Shown in pieces: positions 63,729-64,000 of a DNA stretch of 64,000 nucleotides. The stretch covers positions 11,596,001 through 11,660,000 of the forward strand of contig NC_087437.1 in the NCBI RefSeq assembly GCF_036321535.1, given 5' to 3'. The notes under the pieces are model-generated. The model saw only the letters and a list, made by a program, of their open reading frames with translations, was not told the origin of the DNA and ran no database searches. Each line of letters starts with the position of its first letter. Position 1 is the first letter of the stretch. Source of the stretch: Camelus dromedarius (taxonomy: Eukaryota). The position numbers and the translations under genes are program-made.

Positions 63729-64000
63729 TTCCACCTTCCATTATCAGAAAGTTTGAATTTTTGCTGCTGAAATGATTTTCTAGATTAAGAAACTGCTTAC
63801 TGGTATGTTTCAGCGACTGACAGAGAGCAGAGAAAATGTGCAGTTTATTAAAACACATTATTTCATCCATTTTCATCCTAAAGCCATTTAGTTGACTCAA
63901 AACCCTAATATTTTCCTCAAAATACAGGGAGAGGAAAAAAAAATCTGCAAGCATGACATTTTAAGTTATATATTTCTCACAAACTGCCCAACAGATGGAA

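Overview
Mammalian genomic DNA, most likely camelid (Vic-1-like tRNA-derived SINEs and camelid/cetartiodactyl-type L1 3' ends). The only host gene I recognise is the 5' end of THRB (thyroid hormone receptor beta, TRbeta1 promoter) on the minus strand. It has a CpG island at ~44.7-46.6 kb with a TATA box, GC boxes, a DR4 thyroid-response-type element and a non-coding first exon that matches my recollection of the human TRbeta1 5'UTR. Positions 1-45.5 kb are first-intron sequence; no protein-coding THRB exon is visible. The rest is interspersed repeats (L1, L2, MIR, MER DNA transposons, MLT1/LTR16, a solo ERV LTR) plus, ~14 kb upstream of the promoter, an old internally deleted class I ERV: 5' LTR stub, integrase tail, env with an open 191-codon signal-peptide ORF, PPT and 3' LTR. 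The most interesting observations are that env ORF, an 18-bp element duplicated across the promoter island, the uAUG/alternative-donor layout of the 5'UTR, and several DR4-like elements. I found no convincing wholly new biological system. Repeat family names come from recalled consensus sequences, not a RepeatMasker run, and boundaries of old repeats are approximate.
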